From Octopus vulgaris (taxonomy: Eukaryota): DNA of 64,000 bases. The notes under the pieces were generated by a model that searched no databases, had not been told where the DNA came from, and was given only the letters and a program-made list of their open reading frames with translations. Positions 27,516-42,555 of this stretch are shown in pieces; within the stretch, counting starts at the first letter, position 1, and each line of letters begins with the position of its first letter. The stretch lies in assembly GCA_951406725.2 (NCBI GenBank), contig OX597822.1:19964001-20028000 (forward strand), in the 5' to 3' direction. The position numbers and the translations under genes are program-made.

Positions 27516-28139
27516 ATGGTGAAAAAATATGTCACTTAGACGGAGAAACACACCATATGAAAAAACAGATCCGTTTTTCAAGGTAGAGGCAGACATTTGA
27601 GTGAACACATAGAGAGATGTGCAGGGAATCTCCAACCAAATGTCACAGCTTTCCCCTTCTACCAGAGCAAAGAAACAATTTCTGTACAAGAACGTTTAAA
27701 TAAAGAAAATTTATTTATCGAAAAATACAGAACACGCCCAAATATGAACGTATAACCAACTTTGGTCCCAGTATATATTTTTATATATTTTAATTCATGA
27801 TCACATATCTATCACTGCACATATTTCATCTCACTATTTTAGCCTATGAGTTTTTGTATGTCTACTTATCCAGCCCCCAAAACGAGCAATTACATCCGCT
27901 GTCCCGAGTAATAAATATCACCAATTATCTTCCGTTTGATATTTCTACTTGTTGATTCATTCAAAACTTTCATACAAGAACATAGACTAAAATCTTCTTA
28001 AGAAAATATGAAATTACAATAATTTCAGTGTCATGATTAGCGAAAGCGAATCCTGTGGATAATCACAACACACTTTTATCTAATATATATTAAAACTATG
28101 CAATCTGTGCGTACTTTCCTTCTTTTATCAATATATATA

Positions 28140-28924
28140 TAACATGGAGAGTAAAGCAGCTTGGCACAGAGTGACCTTACCCTCTGCTGTGCATGCACAC
28201 AAATTTATAACATTCTAGCTTACTTTCGCTGTTTACAGCAGTACTTGGAAGCGTTGCATGTGATCATCGCATTGTCCACGGGCAAAGAATCTGCATCAAA
28301 AGCTTGGTGATACTTGCTCAGAGGCCTACGTAACGATTTCAGAAAGTTTTCATCCTTCTCGACGCAATCAAGGATATCTTGTGCAACTGAAACCCGAGTG
28401 TCATTTTAGTCTGCTGAAAGTAGTTTTGGTACAAACTTGGCAGACACGCATCTCATACCCAATTCTTCATTTAGTGATAATGGAGTGAACTAAACCGTAA
28501 CTAATTTGCACATCCTGTGATAACTCACGGATGGTGATTCGACGATTTCCCCTCCCAGCTGTATGCACATCTGCGATGTTTTTCTCAGTTCTGCTGATGG
28601 TGGGTTTCCCAGAACGTTCGTCAATATCGACATTTCCATCTTGGAAACGTCTGAACCCGTCGTACACTTGTGTGCGGCTCATACACTCCTCTCCATGCAC
28701 GTTCTCCAACTTTGCATAGGCCTCTGGCAGGTATCGCAATAACAACTTCCTCTGTCATGGTCAATGCAACAATCAACACGCTACACACCTTCCTTCTAAG
28801 CACCACTGTAAACAGCGGAAGTGAGCTAGAACGTTAAAACTTAGTGCACATGCACAGCAGCGTTCAAGATCAATCTTTGCCCTACTATGGCAATAATCTG
28901 GATACTTACTGAACAGACCTCGTA
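28140..28924 (-). mobile_element. mariner relic (5' half) joined to an inverted second 5' fragment
   Basis: Minus strand: TA-CGAGGTCTGTTCAGTAAGTATCC terminus; MSRTQVY..FRRFQDG..D.ERSGKP, NRRITIREL, SAKFVPKLL. 28140-28330 is the homologous 5' region on the plus strand. Confidence 0.8.
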
Positions 28925-29067
28925 TATATAAACATATATATGTACATATACGTGTATACATGTATATGTATATATATCTAAATGCATGTATATGCATATA
29001 TCTATGCATGTATATGCATATATCTATGCATGTATATAGATATATGCACTTTTTATTTCTTATTCTG

Positions 29068-29111
<44 letters not shown>

Positions 29112-29469
29112 TAGCTGAGGAAAAAAGTTACCGTTAATAAGATGTCTATTTATAGCCATGAAACATTTTCCGTCAAATTTCGATATATTAATCTATATTA
29201 ATGGGTTGGACCAGTTTGACGAAAAAATGAGCAAGGTCTGGTAGCGAACTCGTGTCGACGTCATTTTTGTGCATGTGCATAAAATGGCGAAATTTTACGC
29301 TTTGGGGAAGATTTTGTCAAATTGATATCACGATGGCTAGTGTGCAATAGGCCTAAATTTTGCTTGGGAAATCAACACCTGAAACGCTGGGGAATTAAAA
29401 CAACAAATTGAAATCATAAGTTTTAGCAAATCAAAGAAAATCGCTAACGATACACACGTGGTTATACAT

Positions 29470-29931
29470 GAGTGATTGTGTGATAAGAAACTTGCTTCTC
29501 AATCATATGGTTCCGAGTTCAGTCCCGCTGTGTGACATCTTGTGCAAGTGTCTTTTACTATAGCTTCTGGTCGACTAGTGATATGTGAGTGGATTTGGTA
29601 GACGGAAAATGAAAGAAGCCCGTCATATATATGTGTATATGTATATATGCATGCATGTGTGCATGTATGTATGTATGTATGTATGTATGTATGTATGTAT
29701 GTATGTATGTATGTATGTATGTATTTGTGTGTCTGTTTGGCCCCCACCATCGCTTTACAACCGATGTTGGTGTGTTTATGTCTCCGTAACTTAGTGGTTC
29801 GGCAGAAGACCGACCTATAGAATAAGTACTAGGCTTACAAAAAAAGTCCTGGGACCGATATGTTCGACTAAAGGCGGTGCTCCAGCATGGCCTCAGTCAA
29901 ATGACCGAAACAAGTAAAATAGGAAAAAGAG
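29470..29931 (+). mobile_element. tRNA-derived SINE, family A
   Basis: Homologous end to end with 23521-23937. Confidence 0.88.
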
Positions 29932-30109
29932 AATATATATATATATACATGTATGTAAGCATGTATGAATAACAAAACAGGAAATATTTTGGTATCGTTT
30001 ATTCTCTACTGCACGTGTTTCATTTGCTAATAGGAATTATGTTATATAGACATGTAAGGAATTTCCTATATACATACATACATACATACATACATACATT
30101 CGTTTATTA

Positions 30110-30515
30110 TTTTACTTGTTTCCGTCGTTTTACTGCGGCCATGCTGGAGTACCGCCTTGAAGTGTTCTAGTTGAACACATCGATCCTGGAACGTATTATT
30201 TTGAAGCCTTGTACATTTTCAATCGTCCTCTCTTTGCTGCACCGCTACGTTATGGGGACGTAAACAAACCAACTCCGTTTGTCAAGCGGTGGTGGAGGAC
30301 AAACATAGACATAAAAACACACGCAAACGCACACACACACAGGCATATATATGTATATATATATATGACGGGCTTCTTTCAGTTTCCATTTACCAAATCC
30401 ACTCACAGGGCTTGGGCGGCCTGAGGCTATAGTAGAAGACAGTTGCCCAAGGTGCTACGCAGAACCATGTGGTTGGGAAACAAGCCTCTTACCACACAGC
30501 CACTCCTGCACCTAT
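30110..30515 (-). mobile_element. tRNA-derived SINE, family A
   Basis: Reverse complement of the family A sequence. Confidence 0.85.
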
Positions 30516-30856
30516 AGGCACGCCTGCATAATTGGTACTCCGTCGATTGCGACGACGAGGGTTCCAGTTGATCCGATCAACTGAACAGGTTGCTCGTAAA
30601 ATTAACACGCAAGTGGTTGAGCGCTCCATAGATTCGAGTACCCTTAATATCGTTCTCAGGGAGATAGCGCGTGACACAGAATATGACAAAGATCGCCCTT
30701 TGAATTACAGGTACAACTCACTTTTGCCAGCTGAGTGGACTGGAGCAACAAGAAATAAAGTGATTTGTTCAATGACATAGCGCACCTCCGGTTATTGAAC
30801 TCATGACTTTACGATGGTGAGCCGAATGCCTTAACCACTAAGCTATGCGCCTTCAG
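30516..30856 (-). mobile_element. tRNA-derived SINE, different body
   Basis: Minus strand starts GAAGGCGCATAGCTTAGTGGTTAAGGCATTCGGC..GAGTTCAAT (A and B boxes). Confidence 0.7.
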
Positions 30857-31779
30857 TAAACACACACACACGCGCGTGCGCGTACATTTGACTATGAATT
30901 TCTATAAATCTTCGCAACGTATGATTTTAGAAACCAGTAGAAAGTTGGATTGTGTTGTTCTGGCCATTATTCACTGTCTTCTGTGCAAACACACACATAC
31001 ACAAAGAGATCCATCATTTCCATCACATATGCACATAAACACACAAACGAATTCACCCCATCACTATATACACATATCTATGCACACACATACATATACA
31101 AACATACTTACACACATACAAATATATAATTGCACAAATGGAAACAGAAGCAACTATGGCATTATCGTTATCAAGAGATTATGAAAATTTGCAATATTTA
31201 CCTTTCTAAAATCAATAAAAAGCAAGTAATATAAATTATATATAAATAAAGCCATCTAAGAGAATAGAAGAAAGTGTATTCATTGTTATAATAACCAACT
31301 TTAAGTATTATCATATTTACAAATAATATTATAATGTTTATAGTCTTTGGCTTTCTTCTAAACAAATTACTGCGGTATCTGTAAAGAATTACTTGAACAA
31401 TAAGACTCCCATACACACGCGCACATAAATACTGTCACGCGCGCGGGCGTACACACACACACCCACACCCACAAACACACATACACTCATACAAACACGC
31501 TCATACACATACACATACACACGCACACACATACACGCACAAACGTACTCATATGCATTGGTACACAGGTGCGTGTATACAAGAAATATGTACACATATA
31601 CATACACACAAGCATCGCAAAACGCAGACAGACGAACGCACACACATATGAAGGTAAGTATACGTGTAAGTATATATGTATGTATGTTGTATATATATAT
31701 ATATATATGTACACACACACACACATATATATATACATATGATATATATATATATAGATATAAGTATATATAGATATAA

Positions 31780-33319
<1,540 letters not shown>

Positions 33320-33325
33320 TATATA

Positions 33326-33572
33326 CATTTAAACACAGAAAGAGGTGACCCTTAACAGGCCGCCTTACATGCTAGAAGGAGCAGTCAAAACGTCCAACAC
33401 TACATTTAAGAGCAATTTCGAAGGGAATAATATATATATATATATATTATTCCCTTTCTATATATATATTATTCCCTTCGAAATTGCTCTTAAATGTGGT
33501 GTTGGACGTTTTGACTGCTCCTTCTAGCATGTAAGGCGGCCTGTTAGGGTCACCTCTTTCTGTGTTTAAATG
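33326..33572. repeat. Near-perfect long palindrome (about 105-bp arms)
   Basis: CATTTAAACACAGAAAGAGG...AAGGGAATAA and its reverse complement; about 2 differences; (TA)n at centre and flanks. Confidence 0.95.
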
Positions 33573-33679
<107 letters not shown>

Positions 33680-33759
33680 CAATTGAGGGTAAAATTAATT
33701 AATTATTAATCAATTTCACCAAGTGTTCAGTATGCAAAGGGACCATTTAAGGCGAATTC

Positions 33760-34063
33760 AAATTATTACATTATATAAAAGGGCTTAGTAAAATAAATTA
33801 CTTTGCCGCATACTGAACTCATTAGAAATAGCAGCTAAAAAACTTTTTCAAAACTATTTCTAATACTTAAAGACAACCTCTCTCATATAGTGTTTGCTCA
33901 ACTCAACTCACGAAAGTTGAGTTGAGCAAACACTATATGAGAGAGGTTGTCTTTAAGTATTAGAAATAGTTTTGAAAAAGTTTTTTAGCTGCTATTTCTA
34001 ATGAGTTCAGTATGCGGCAAAGTAATTTATTTTACTAAGCCCTTTTATATAATGTAATAATTT
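33760..34063. repeat. Long palindrome (149-bp arms, 6-nt loop)
   Basis: 33760-33908 is the reverse complement of 33915-34063; loop CACGAA. Confidence 0.95.
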
Positions 34064-34304
34064 ATATATATATATATATATATTTATACAATACACACAT
34101 ATATATTAATATATATATGTGAGTGTATAGACACATACACACACACATATATATATATGCATTTAATCTCTCTCTCTCTATATATATATATATGTGTGTG
34201 TGCGTGTATGCACACGCACATGCATACGTACATACATAAATACATACATATATATATACATACACACACACATATATACATACAAACACATATATACATA
34301 CATC

Positions 34305-34336
<32 letters not shown>

Positions 34337-35863
34337 AGTTTATTGTTTATGTATGCCAGCGTTAAATCTATGTATTTGTTTATCTAATTCACTAAAATCC
34401 CAAGATTTACTTTACAATCGATAACAGATCATAGCTAAATCCTGTTAAGTAATGTGACTTTAGCACATATGAAGATGAATGACTAGACTGCTGCTAAATT
34501 CTTTCTTGCAGTCTTTAGCTGGTTTTAATAATAGACTTCAAACCATGTTTGGGCATCACCTTTAAAGGGTTTTATTCAATCATAACCCCGCCTCAGTTCT
34601 TATATCATTCTAACACTCCTATTGCTCTATACGTATTAGATGGCAGTTGAGATTTCCGGCTGCATTACACATGAGAGACGGTTGGTAAGTTAGACATTAA
34701 ATTCTAAGGGAGTGGGGAAGAAAGAAGAGTGGGGAAGGAAGGCTAGCTCTCCAATCTTATCTCAATTCTTTTAGGCAAACTACAATATGTCAAGTAACGA
34801 TGTTATTTTTCTACCTTACATATTTTAATTTGGTCTATATCTATGAAGGGAACAATATCAACCAGTGTCAAATATGAAAAATATTTGGAGAAAAATAAGA
34901 TTGAGAGAAAATTCCCCTTTCTGGCTCTTACCTCAAAGCAATTTTTTTTCCATACTCCAATGTTACAAACCAAGCCCTTTAAACAATTTTCTTTTTCTTA
35001 TATGAAAAGAAAAAGACAATGTAACCACAGAAAACGTATTGAGTTAGAAGACAGTCTTTTTTTAATAAATAACTTTTGTGCATCTAGAGTAGAGCCGTTA
35101 CAATTGCACAAAATTAGCAGGAATATGCTCTGACTTCGCAGAGTGATAACACAAGGAAACGGTATGAAACAACATAATGCCCAAAGGGAAGTGTTTTCTA
35201 TCCTAATTTGAAACTTCATTAAGGTAAATAAAAGGTGAAAATAAATTATAAATGAGGTGACAATACCTCCAAATATAATTTTAGATTTTAGTGAATATTA
35301 AATGCCATTGATTGCATTGAAAAAGAAATCCATGCACACGCCCATTAAAATGAAACCAAGAAAATTCAGCAAGGTAGACTACTTCTTGTTATATTCATAC
35401 TTTATTAGATAACATTGACTTCTTTCAGACAGGAAAGCCTGTATAATTCTAAGAGGTGATTATGTACTTCAACAGTCAAAAGAAAATCAATCACTTGAAA
35501 TAAAAGATTTGATAGGACGGGAGAAGAAATTGCATAGGTTTAATAAATGGCCCTAAACATGTATCTTTTCTTTAAAAAATTTAAGCTTTAATTTCTATGA
35601 ATTATTTATAAAAACTCAAGCCCTTTGAACATAGGCTAAAGTAAGAATAGAATGTGAGAAGTATTAGGAAGACAGGACAATGACTTAAGATATGATTAAA
35701 ACAAACACTGAAATAGAACTAAAAGGGGGGACGAAGGGACTAATGCAGGAATACAAATAAATTTTTCCTATTTACCGTCCTCTTTTATTGAACCATGTTT
35801 CACAATATCGGTTTTACATTAGATATACGCATACATGTAAGCACACAAGCTTACACACACACA

Positions 35864-35894
<31 letters not shown>

Positions 35895-35909
35895 GCACAC
35901 TCACAAATA

Positions 35910-36291
35910 TATAGGTAACTCTTAAACTTGCTTCTCCATCACATGATTTCGGGTTCAATCCCATTGCGTGGCGCTTTGGGCTGATCAAAGACTTGTGGGT
36001 GGATTTTTAAGACAGAAACTGAAAGAAACCCGTCGTATATGTATTTATTCTTTTATTTTTTTCATTCACTTGAATGCATCCATGCTAGAGCACTGTCTTG
36101 AAGTGTCTTTGTTGACCAATTCAACCCCAGGACGTTTTTGAAACCTAGTACTTACTCAATCGGTCTCTTTATCGAACCGCTCCGTTACGGGAACGTAAAC
36201 ACACCAACACCGTTTGTCAAGTGATTGTGGGGGACAAACACAGGCACAAAGACATAGATACACAGACATATACACACACGTATATACATGC

Positions 36292-36326
<35 letters not shown>

Positions 36327-36531
36327 CGGTTCGGCAAGAGAGACCAATAGAATAAGTACTGGGCTTACAAAAGAATAAGTCCCGGGGTCGAGTTGCTCGA
36401 TTAAAGGCGGTGTTCCAGCATGGCCGCAGTCAAATGACTGAAACAAGTAAAAGAATAAAATATATAACTTAAGTACCATATTCATCTGAATCTAAATTTT
36501 TGCTGAACTCATCTACCATACCCAAAATATG

Positions 36532-36587
<56 letters not shown>

Positions 36588-36722
36588 CGACGGGCTTCTT
36601 TCATTTTCCGTCTACCATCCTGAGGCTATAGTAGAAGACACTTGCCCAAGGTGCCATGCAGTGGGACTGAACCCGGAACTATGTGGTTGGGAAGCAAGCC
36701 TCTTACCACATAGTCACGCCTA
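35910..36722. mobile_element. Cluster of family A SINE fragments in both orientations
   Basis: Head (+) 35910-36040, tail (-) 36058-36250, tail (+) 36325-36460, head (-) 36588-36722. Confidence 0.8.
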
Positions 36723-36819
36723 TGTATGTGCGTGTGAGTGCGTGTGTCTTTGTGTCTGTCTGTTTTCCAGTGAAACAAATAAAAAATAAAATGTAAAAAA
36801 GAAAAGATATCCTCTCTAG

Positions 36820-37085
36820 GATGGATGCAGGGGCTTGCTTGGCATCATGGGAAATAGAAGACGGAAGGCCTCAATTTGGCTGTGTAGGCAGCGGAGGTTG
36901 CCGAAAACTGACTGTGGATCAAGAAATGCGAGCCCTGGAAGGGGTAGTGCTTACTGGACACATCCCAGGTTTTGATCAATCTTGGTTGGGTCATCTTGGT
37001 GAGAGTATCTGATGCTGAAAGACCCGGAGCACCTAATGAACCCAGGTAACATCAATTACAAATGATGCATCAAGGGGCATTACAA
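36820..37085 (+). mobile_element. 3' end of an RLE-type (HERO-like) non-LTR retrotransposon
   Basis: Collapsed C-terminal peptide GCRG/LLGIMGNRRRKA/SIWL, then a 3'UTR (GGTTGGGTC..CTGATG..GAAAGACCCG..CCCAGG) that I recall from HERO-type elements. Confidence 0.5.
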
Positions 37086-37351
37086 GATTAAATATGGGAA
37101 AACGATACGCACACACCTGTATCGATACGCACACACATATATCATTTAATATACACAGGATTTAAATGCGAGATATTATAAGTTTCATGTTTCTGATAAT
37201 ACAATAGTCTGACGAGCTTGTATAGCGTGCCGTGAACTGTGGAGCTAAAAAAATGTGTATGTACGTATATACATACATACATGCATACATACATTCATAC
37301 ATACATTCATACATACATACACACACACATATATATATGAATGTATGTATG

Positions 37352-37398
<47 letters not shown>

Positions 37399-37557
37399 CA
37401 CACACTGACATGCATATACATATACATACATACAAAAATATGAAAAGTTAGAATATTCACCACTTAAATGTGGATGTTGCTTTAGAATACAGAAATACTA
37501 CGATATTTACCGAGAACTCTTATATGGTTTAACACAACATCCACCTTCAAGTGGTGA

Positions 37558-37629
<72 letters not shown>

Positions 37630-38036
37630 AAAAGTGGTTAGATGTTTATGTAGAGGTTGTGTTATACAAAAAAAAAAGATGGCAGAAAATGTACAATAAC
37701 ATTAATAGAATTATTGTAATCGTTTTAGACAAACAAAAAAATAAAAACAAGTGTAACAGTTCATTTAAATATTTCATTTAGGTATATTAGATCTTTTCCT
37801 AACTTACATAGAACTGGTTTCATCTTTTTAACTTAGCAAAAAAAAAAAAAGAAAAAACATTACACAATTGTATCAAACATTACAAATATGACCAAAGATT
37901 AGAAAAACTGAAGACAAATTCTGATCTCCAAACCGTTTTCACGCAATCTTATTCTAAATGGAATAGGAAGGCAAAAAAGTTTAGATCCCCAGATAAATAA
38001 AAAGTAAAACCCCGCCGAAATGTTTTACCTTATCTC

Positions 38037-38438
38037 TTTTACTCTTTTACTCTTTTACTTGTTTCAGTCATTTGACTGCGGCCATGCTGGAGCACCGCCT
38101 TTAGTCGAGCAAATCGACCCCGGGACTTATTCTTTGTAAGCCCAGTACTTATTCTATCGGTCTCTTTTGATGAACCGCTAAGTGACGGGGACGTAAAAAC
38201 ACCAGCATCGGTTGTCAAGCAATGCTAGGGGGACAAACACAGACACACAAACATATACACACACACTTATATATATATACATATATACGACAGGCTTCTT
38301 TCAATTTCCACTCACAAGGCATTGGTCGGCCCGGGGCTATAGCAGAAGACACTTGCTCAAGATGCCACGCTGTGGGACTGAACCCGGAACGATGTGGTTG
38401 GTTAGCAAGCTACTTACCACACAGCCACTCCTGCGCCT
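38037..38438 (-). mobile_element. tRNA-derived SINE, family A
   Basis: Reverse complement of family A with a (GTAAAAGA)n tail. Confidence 0.9.
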
Positions 38439-38640
38439 ATCTCTTTATTTTTAACTAAAGAAGCAATGGAATATCTAGCGACACACAAAACAACATACCT
38501 TATCTGCTTGAAGAGCCCAAAACGAAAGAAGTCCTAGAAAATCAACTCTTTATCAAAAGCAAAATGTAACTGAAGACTGAAGAACATTTTAACTTCAGGA
38601 TTTTGAACAAGCAAAGGTTTTTGAACAAATACCAAACTCC

Positions 38641-39035
38641 TTGCATATTAAATGTGGTAGACTAAACTATGAAACATATCTGTACTTAACCGAAGGCTCG
38701 GAATTCAAATTTAAGGTTGGACAAAGTAAGGAAATTTTCACTTACAACTCTCCAAATATAATTTATGCCATAACATGCAGTGGATGCTTGCATAACTACA
38801 TCGTACTCACGGGTTTATTGCTTCGCAGAAAATTGACGGTGCACAAGTAACAAATCAATAATTAAAAGAGTCAGGAAAATTCCGTTAAGCGGGCATTTAG
38901 CAACATGTGCTGGAATAGAACTGCCGATTCTTAAAATATTTCCATTTTACAAATGCTCGGTCTCTATCACGAAACTATAACGAATAAACAAAGAAAAACT
39001 ATTAATTACAAAATATAAACCATGACTGAATGATT
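38641..39035 (+). pseudogene. Penelope-like GIY-YIG endonuclease relic
   Basis: FTYNSPNIIYAITCSGCLHNYIVLTGLLLRRKLTVHK*QI then HLATC..KIFPFYK..KYKP*LN; degenerate hammerhead-like motif downstream at 39525-39570. Confidence 0.75.
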
Positions 39036-39843
39036 GACAAGCAATTTCCTTGACTGAAGGGAAATCCAGATACACAAGGACACACACACACGCACCATTC
39101 ACATACTATTTGGATATATACAACATATAGGTGTATGTGTATGTGTGTGTGCGTGCGTATGTGTGCGCGTGCGGGTAAGTAAGTGTGTGTGTCTGTACGT
39201 CTTTCTATGTCATAAAGACGGTTCAATTGTTAGTAATAATATACATAGAATCCTTAAATATTTACAACCTGCTGACAGCAAAATCTAACTAATCAGAGAG
39301 AAGATTGATTTGCTTATCTACAAATCTATCTGATTCCCTCAATGAAGCTACATATAAATCTCTTTAAGGCGATCTTTCGTTAAAAAATTTTTAACTCAAC
39401 ACTCACTTCTTACTTTACTGCTTAAAGTCTGGTATCCTTTCATCATTTGTCTTGTAACCCTAGTTTTTCGCCCAGCTACAAAAGTTCCGGCTATACATAT
39501 TCCAAACAACATAAATATTTTCAGAAGATGATGAACCCACCTCTGAATGGATGAAACCGGTTACATGTGAGTTAAGAAGAGCTAATATATCTAAATGAAA
39601 TATTTAAACGAAATATAACACTTGTTTTTGTCTCCTTATTTTGTTTAAAATGATTATAATAATTCTTTTTATGTTATTGAGCATTTCAGCTATCTTTTGT
39701 CCACACACACACGCATACACACACATATATATATATACACACACACCACACCATACACTCACACGCACACACACGTATACATATATATGTATATATATGT
39801 ATAAATATATATTTATATATTATATGTATGTATATACACACAG

Positions 39844-39890
<47 letters not shown>

Positions 39891-40322
39891 TACGTACATA
39901 TATTCAGATGCAAAAAAAAGCGAAAAAGAAATATGGAATCTGAAGTCTTATTCAGAGATTATCTGACATATTTACAACAGCAGATACATTTTTTTTGCAG
40001 TGAAATGGGATTACATTACTTATAGAACTTGTTTTTTTTTTTGTAAAACATATCTATGATTACCGTTCCGTGAAGGCGAACAAACAATGGAAATGTTATC
40101 AATATTATTCATGAATGATACAGATCTGAGTCCTCGGACTCCATGCATATACTAAAGCGGTGTCTGCTAACCCTTCGTATAGACTCTACATTCTTCACAT
40201 TTCCAAAGCAGATGTTAAATACCAGAATATTTAATGCGGGGAGTATAAAAAAATGTTAACTAGAAATCAACACATGTAATGAATAAAAAACGATATTAGT
40301 CAAAGGCAAATATTATTTTCGT

Positions 40323-42555
40323 CAGGGTTGCCACTCATCAAATAATAAAACACCCAGATTATTTGCTGCAAAAAGCCCAGATCCTATTTTATAAACCCAG
40401 ATGTTAGAAAATAGGTATGTAATTGGTAATTTAATGATAAAATATGTTATGTGAGAAAATGAATACAGAATTTAATTCTCACTTTATATCATATGGCAGC
40501 TAATTGTCATTTTCGTACATATCCACATCATCTTCATCCACTCCTTCAATGGTGATAGACTCATTCTCTTCCTTATTGAAGTTCAATCTACTTGTGTATC
40601 TACGATGACAAGACCCATCTACTACAACTTTAATAAGTTTAGCGTCCGGCTCTCAAGGAATGTATGACACTCCCTTTCTTGTAATTGCTTGTTTAGCGAG
40701 TAGACGATCGGTGATGGTTTCGGCCTTCAACCTATTAGTGAACTTTGTCTTTGTGTAATTTACTCGGGAAAATATGCACTCCACGTTCACTGGTGAATGA
40801 AGTAACATCGTTAAATAAGTCATGAATTGTGACAGCCTCTTAAATTTAGGGTGGACAAGCCCGTCTTTAAGACTGCGTATGGAATGCCAGAATACGAGTG
40901 AATGCAACAGATGCAGTCGAAAGTGTTCTGACTGAAATTCGACATTAACAGAATTTACTTTAATATATAATGTAAGAAGAGCAGCATCTGTTTCGTCCCC
41001 TTGTTAATCATTGTTTCATAGATCCTTTTTGCTCCGTCCACTTTCTCTACTTTAGCCTCTGACTGAAAATAAAGTACAAGGGCATCCGACTGCTCTATTA
41101 TAACGTTAATTACATTTTCACGTGCCAACCATCTCGTTTGCGAAAGCTTTGGAATCTTGTTTACTTTTGTGTCATCAACACTTTTTATCATATTTAAAAG
41201 GACTCGAGATACGGAGTAAACACCTTCACTGCATGACTTGAACAAAGTGCAAACGAATGGTAAACACAGCCTGTTGATACAGTCGAAATATCGTTTCTCA
41301 ATAACTTTTGAAACCCACTCATGTTACCCTTCATTGTTGAGCAATTGTTGCTGGCAAATTCAAGTATGTTGCTCATAGATACATCTTCTTTTGTAAGCGT
41401 AGACTTGACAGTATCGTACAAACCCTGAGACAAAACATTTTCTACTACAATTCCACCAAGAAGAGCATTCTTGACATTAAGCGATTGTTCATAAAAAAAG
41501 CGAACAACTATGGCAAAGATTTGTGTCACTGAGATGTCCATAGTCTCATCTATCCATAATGAAAACTTTTGTTTCTTGAGAATTTCCAAGATTTCATTTC
41601 GTCCATAATGTGCAATTCCGTCTTGCATAATATATGTTAAATTTTTTTTTTCCATTTGTAGATTTTTAGCTGTTTCACTATCGGAAAAGGCCTTTTTACA
41701 AATTTCAGCTAAGTGATTTATATGGATGAAAGGTACGTGATGTTCAGCAACATAACCTGTTAGTAGCATGTCTGCCTCAGTTACTTTTTCATTTAATGTA
41801 TAATCTATTTAAAAATAATAAATGAATCTAATTTAATCGCAGATTTCGCACAATCAAAAGCCTTCTTGTGTTTGGCATGGTTTTTATGAGCTAATATCAT
41901 TGATTGGTTAGCATTTTTCAACACAACGCTGCAACAAACGTAGTGGCGGGATCAGGATTTTTATCAAATTACCGTAACCAATCTTTAAGCTTAGCATCCT
42001 CCAATCACGACTTCTTGAAATTTTGGGTGTACCACTTTCTCTTTTTGGATACACTATTGTCTGTCATTACGTCGCAAAGTGTTACAAAACAAAAACACTC
42101 ACTCAAAATTTTGTCAAATTTTAAATCACGAGTATCAGTCGAAGCGTACACCATCAACAGGGTCAAGTTGTCAACTGCTGGTGTCAGAGTTTCAGACAAG
42201 TGTACAAGCAGCCACCAACTCGTTGAAACTTGTAGTTGCTCAGTATGATACAGGTATAAACAAATAATGAACGCGTACGATCGGTAATTACGTTACATAC
42301 AATATTTATATCGATAAATTCATTACGTAAGATGATTATAAATGATAAATAGGAAGTTTACAAATTATTAGAAGAGGTGCAACTTTGGTACATATTGCAT
42401 ACAAAGCGTATGACACCGAATTCTCTTTAAAAGATAAGTTTGCAACCAAAACTAACTTTAAAACCCAGATTTAATGTAAATTTGGATATTAAAACCCATA
42501 AACCCATCATTACTCCAAAACTCTCAGGTGGAAAAACCCATCAGTGGCATCCATG
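40323..42555 (-). mobile_element. hAT DNA transposon with both ends and a decayed transposase
   Basis: TIRs CAGGGTTGCCACT / AGTGGCATCCATG; 8-bp TSD ATTTTCGT / ATTTTCAT; peptides FSLWIDETMDIS, LSQTRWL, NVECIFS..KTK..NRL (hAT dimerisation domain). Confidence 0.92.

Noticed and set aside
33700-33835. Minus-strand hammerhead-like arrangement (CTAATGA, helix GTTCAGTATGC/GCATACTGAAC, GAAA)
   Set aside because: Core is mutated and extra bases separate the helix from GAAA; too loose to call.
35420-35560. Possible host exon after TCTTTCAG
   Set aside because: Short open frame with no recognisable domain and no partner exons.
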